Source of the DNA: a virus
Strand: one strand, 5' to 3'
Length of the DNA: 6,092 bases
IMG/VR virus record: IMGVR_UViG_3300020041_000032
Coordinates: 1 to 6,092 of that record
Shown piece by piece: positions 5,988 through 6,092 of the stretch. Position numbers and translations under genes: made by a program. Under the pieces are notes generated by a model that was given only the letters and a program-made list of their open reading frames with translations, ran no database searches and was not told where the DNA came from. Position 1 is the stretch's first letter. Each line of letters starts with the position of its first letter.

Positions 5988-6092
5988 ATATCCCAAACGA
6001 AGTGGAGCCATGGAGGCCGAAGACGCGCAGCGTCCCAGCCGTTAAGGCTGTCGGCCGGCGAAACGTAGTAGTTTTCGCGCTCGAAAGTACCG
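5984..6092. repeat. Terminal direct repeat, copy 2 (identical to 1..109)
   Basis: See copy 1. The 109-nt identity ends at the window end. Confidence 0.95.

Noticed and set aside
1-6092. tRNA or other RNA genes, CRISPR arrays, integrase or transposase genes, inverted terminal repeats
   Set aside because: None were seen. There are no spaced direct-repeat arrays and no cloverleaf-like segment. No ORF carries recombinase or transposase motifs.

Overview
The window is one complete circular ssDNA phage genome of the family Microviridae. Its first 109 nt (1..109) are repeated exactly at 5984..6092, so the unit genome is 5983 nt and the repeat is a circular-assembly overlap. All supportable genes are on the + strand, tightly packed, with T/C-rich third codon positions. 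Three products are recognisable. One is a VP4/gpA-type HUH rolling-circle replication initiator (342..1412), with FITITISP, LHFHGFLF and YCVKYVTK motifs. The second is a 607-aa F/VP1-type major capsid protein (1416..3239). The third is a 426-aa VP2/H-like pilot protein with a Gly/Ser-rich tract and a long helical region (3874..5154). The other five ORFs (66, 98, 100 or 63, 106 and 107 aa) have no family I can name from sequence; no scaffolding, DNA-binding or lysis protein is recognisable. The most interesting points: (1) a small membrane-targeted ORF with a textbook lipoprotein signal and lipobox (LSSC) just upstream of VP2, a candidate lysis or exclusion factor; (2) a 91-aa ATG-initiated ORF with an N-terminal TM helix, overprinted in the +1 frame on the acidic 98-aa gene, which recalls phiX174 E inside D, though the +1 frame is compositionally open genome-wide; (3) a roughly 240-nt GC-rich noncoding region made almost entirely of stem-loops, plus a second long hairpin at 3578..3650; (4) the hexamer ATATCC, found on the + strand only three times, all in those structured noncoding regions; (5) no Shine-Dalgarno sequence before any start, plus an AT-rich spacer with phased T-tracts and a TAnnTTTG motif, which hints weakly at a Bacteroidota host. 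No tRNA, CRISPR, integrase or IS element was seen. All functional calls beyond Rep and capsid are inference from sequence reading only.
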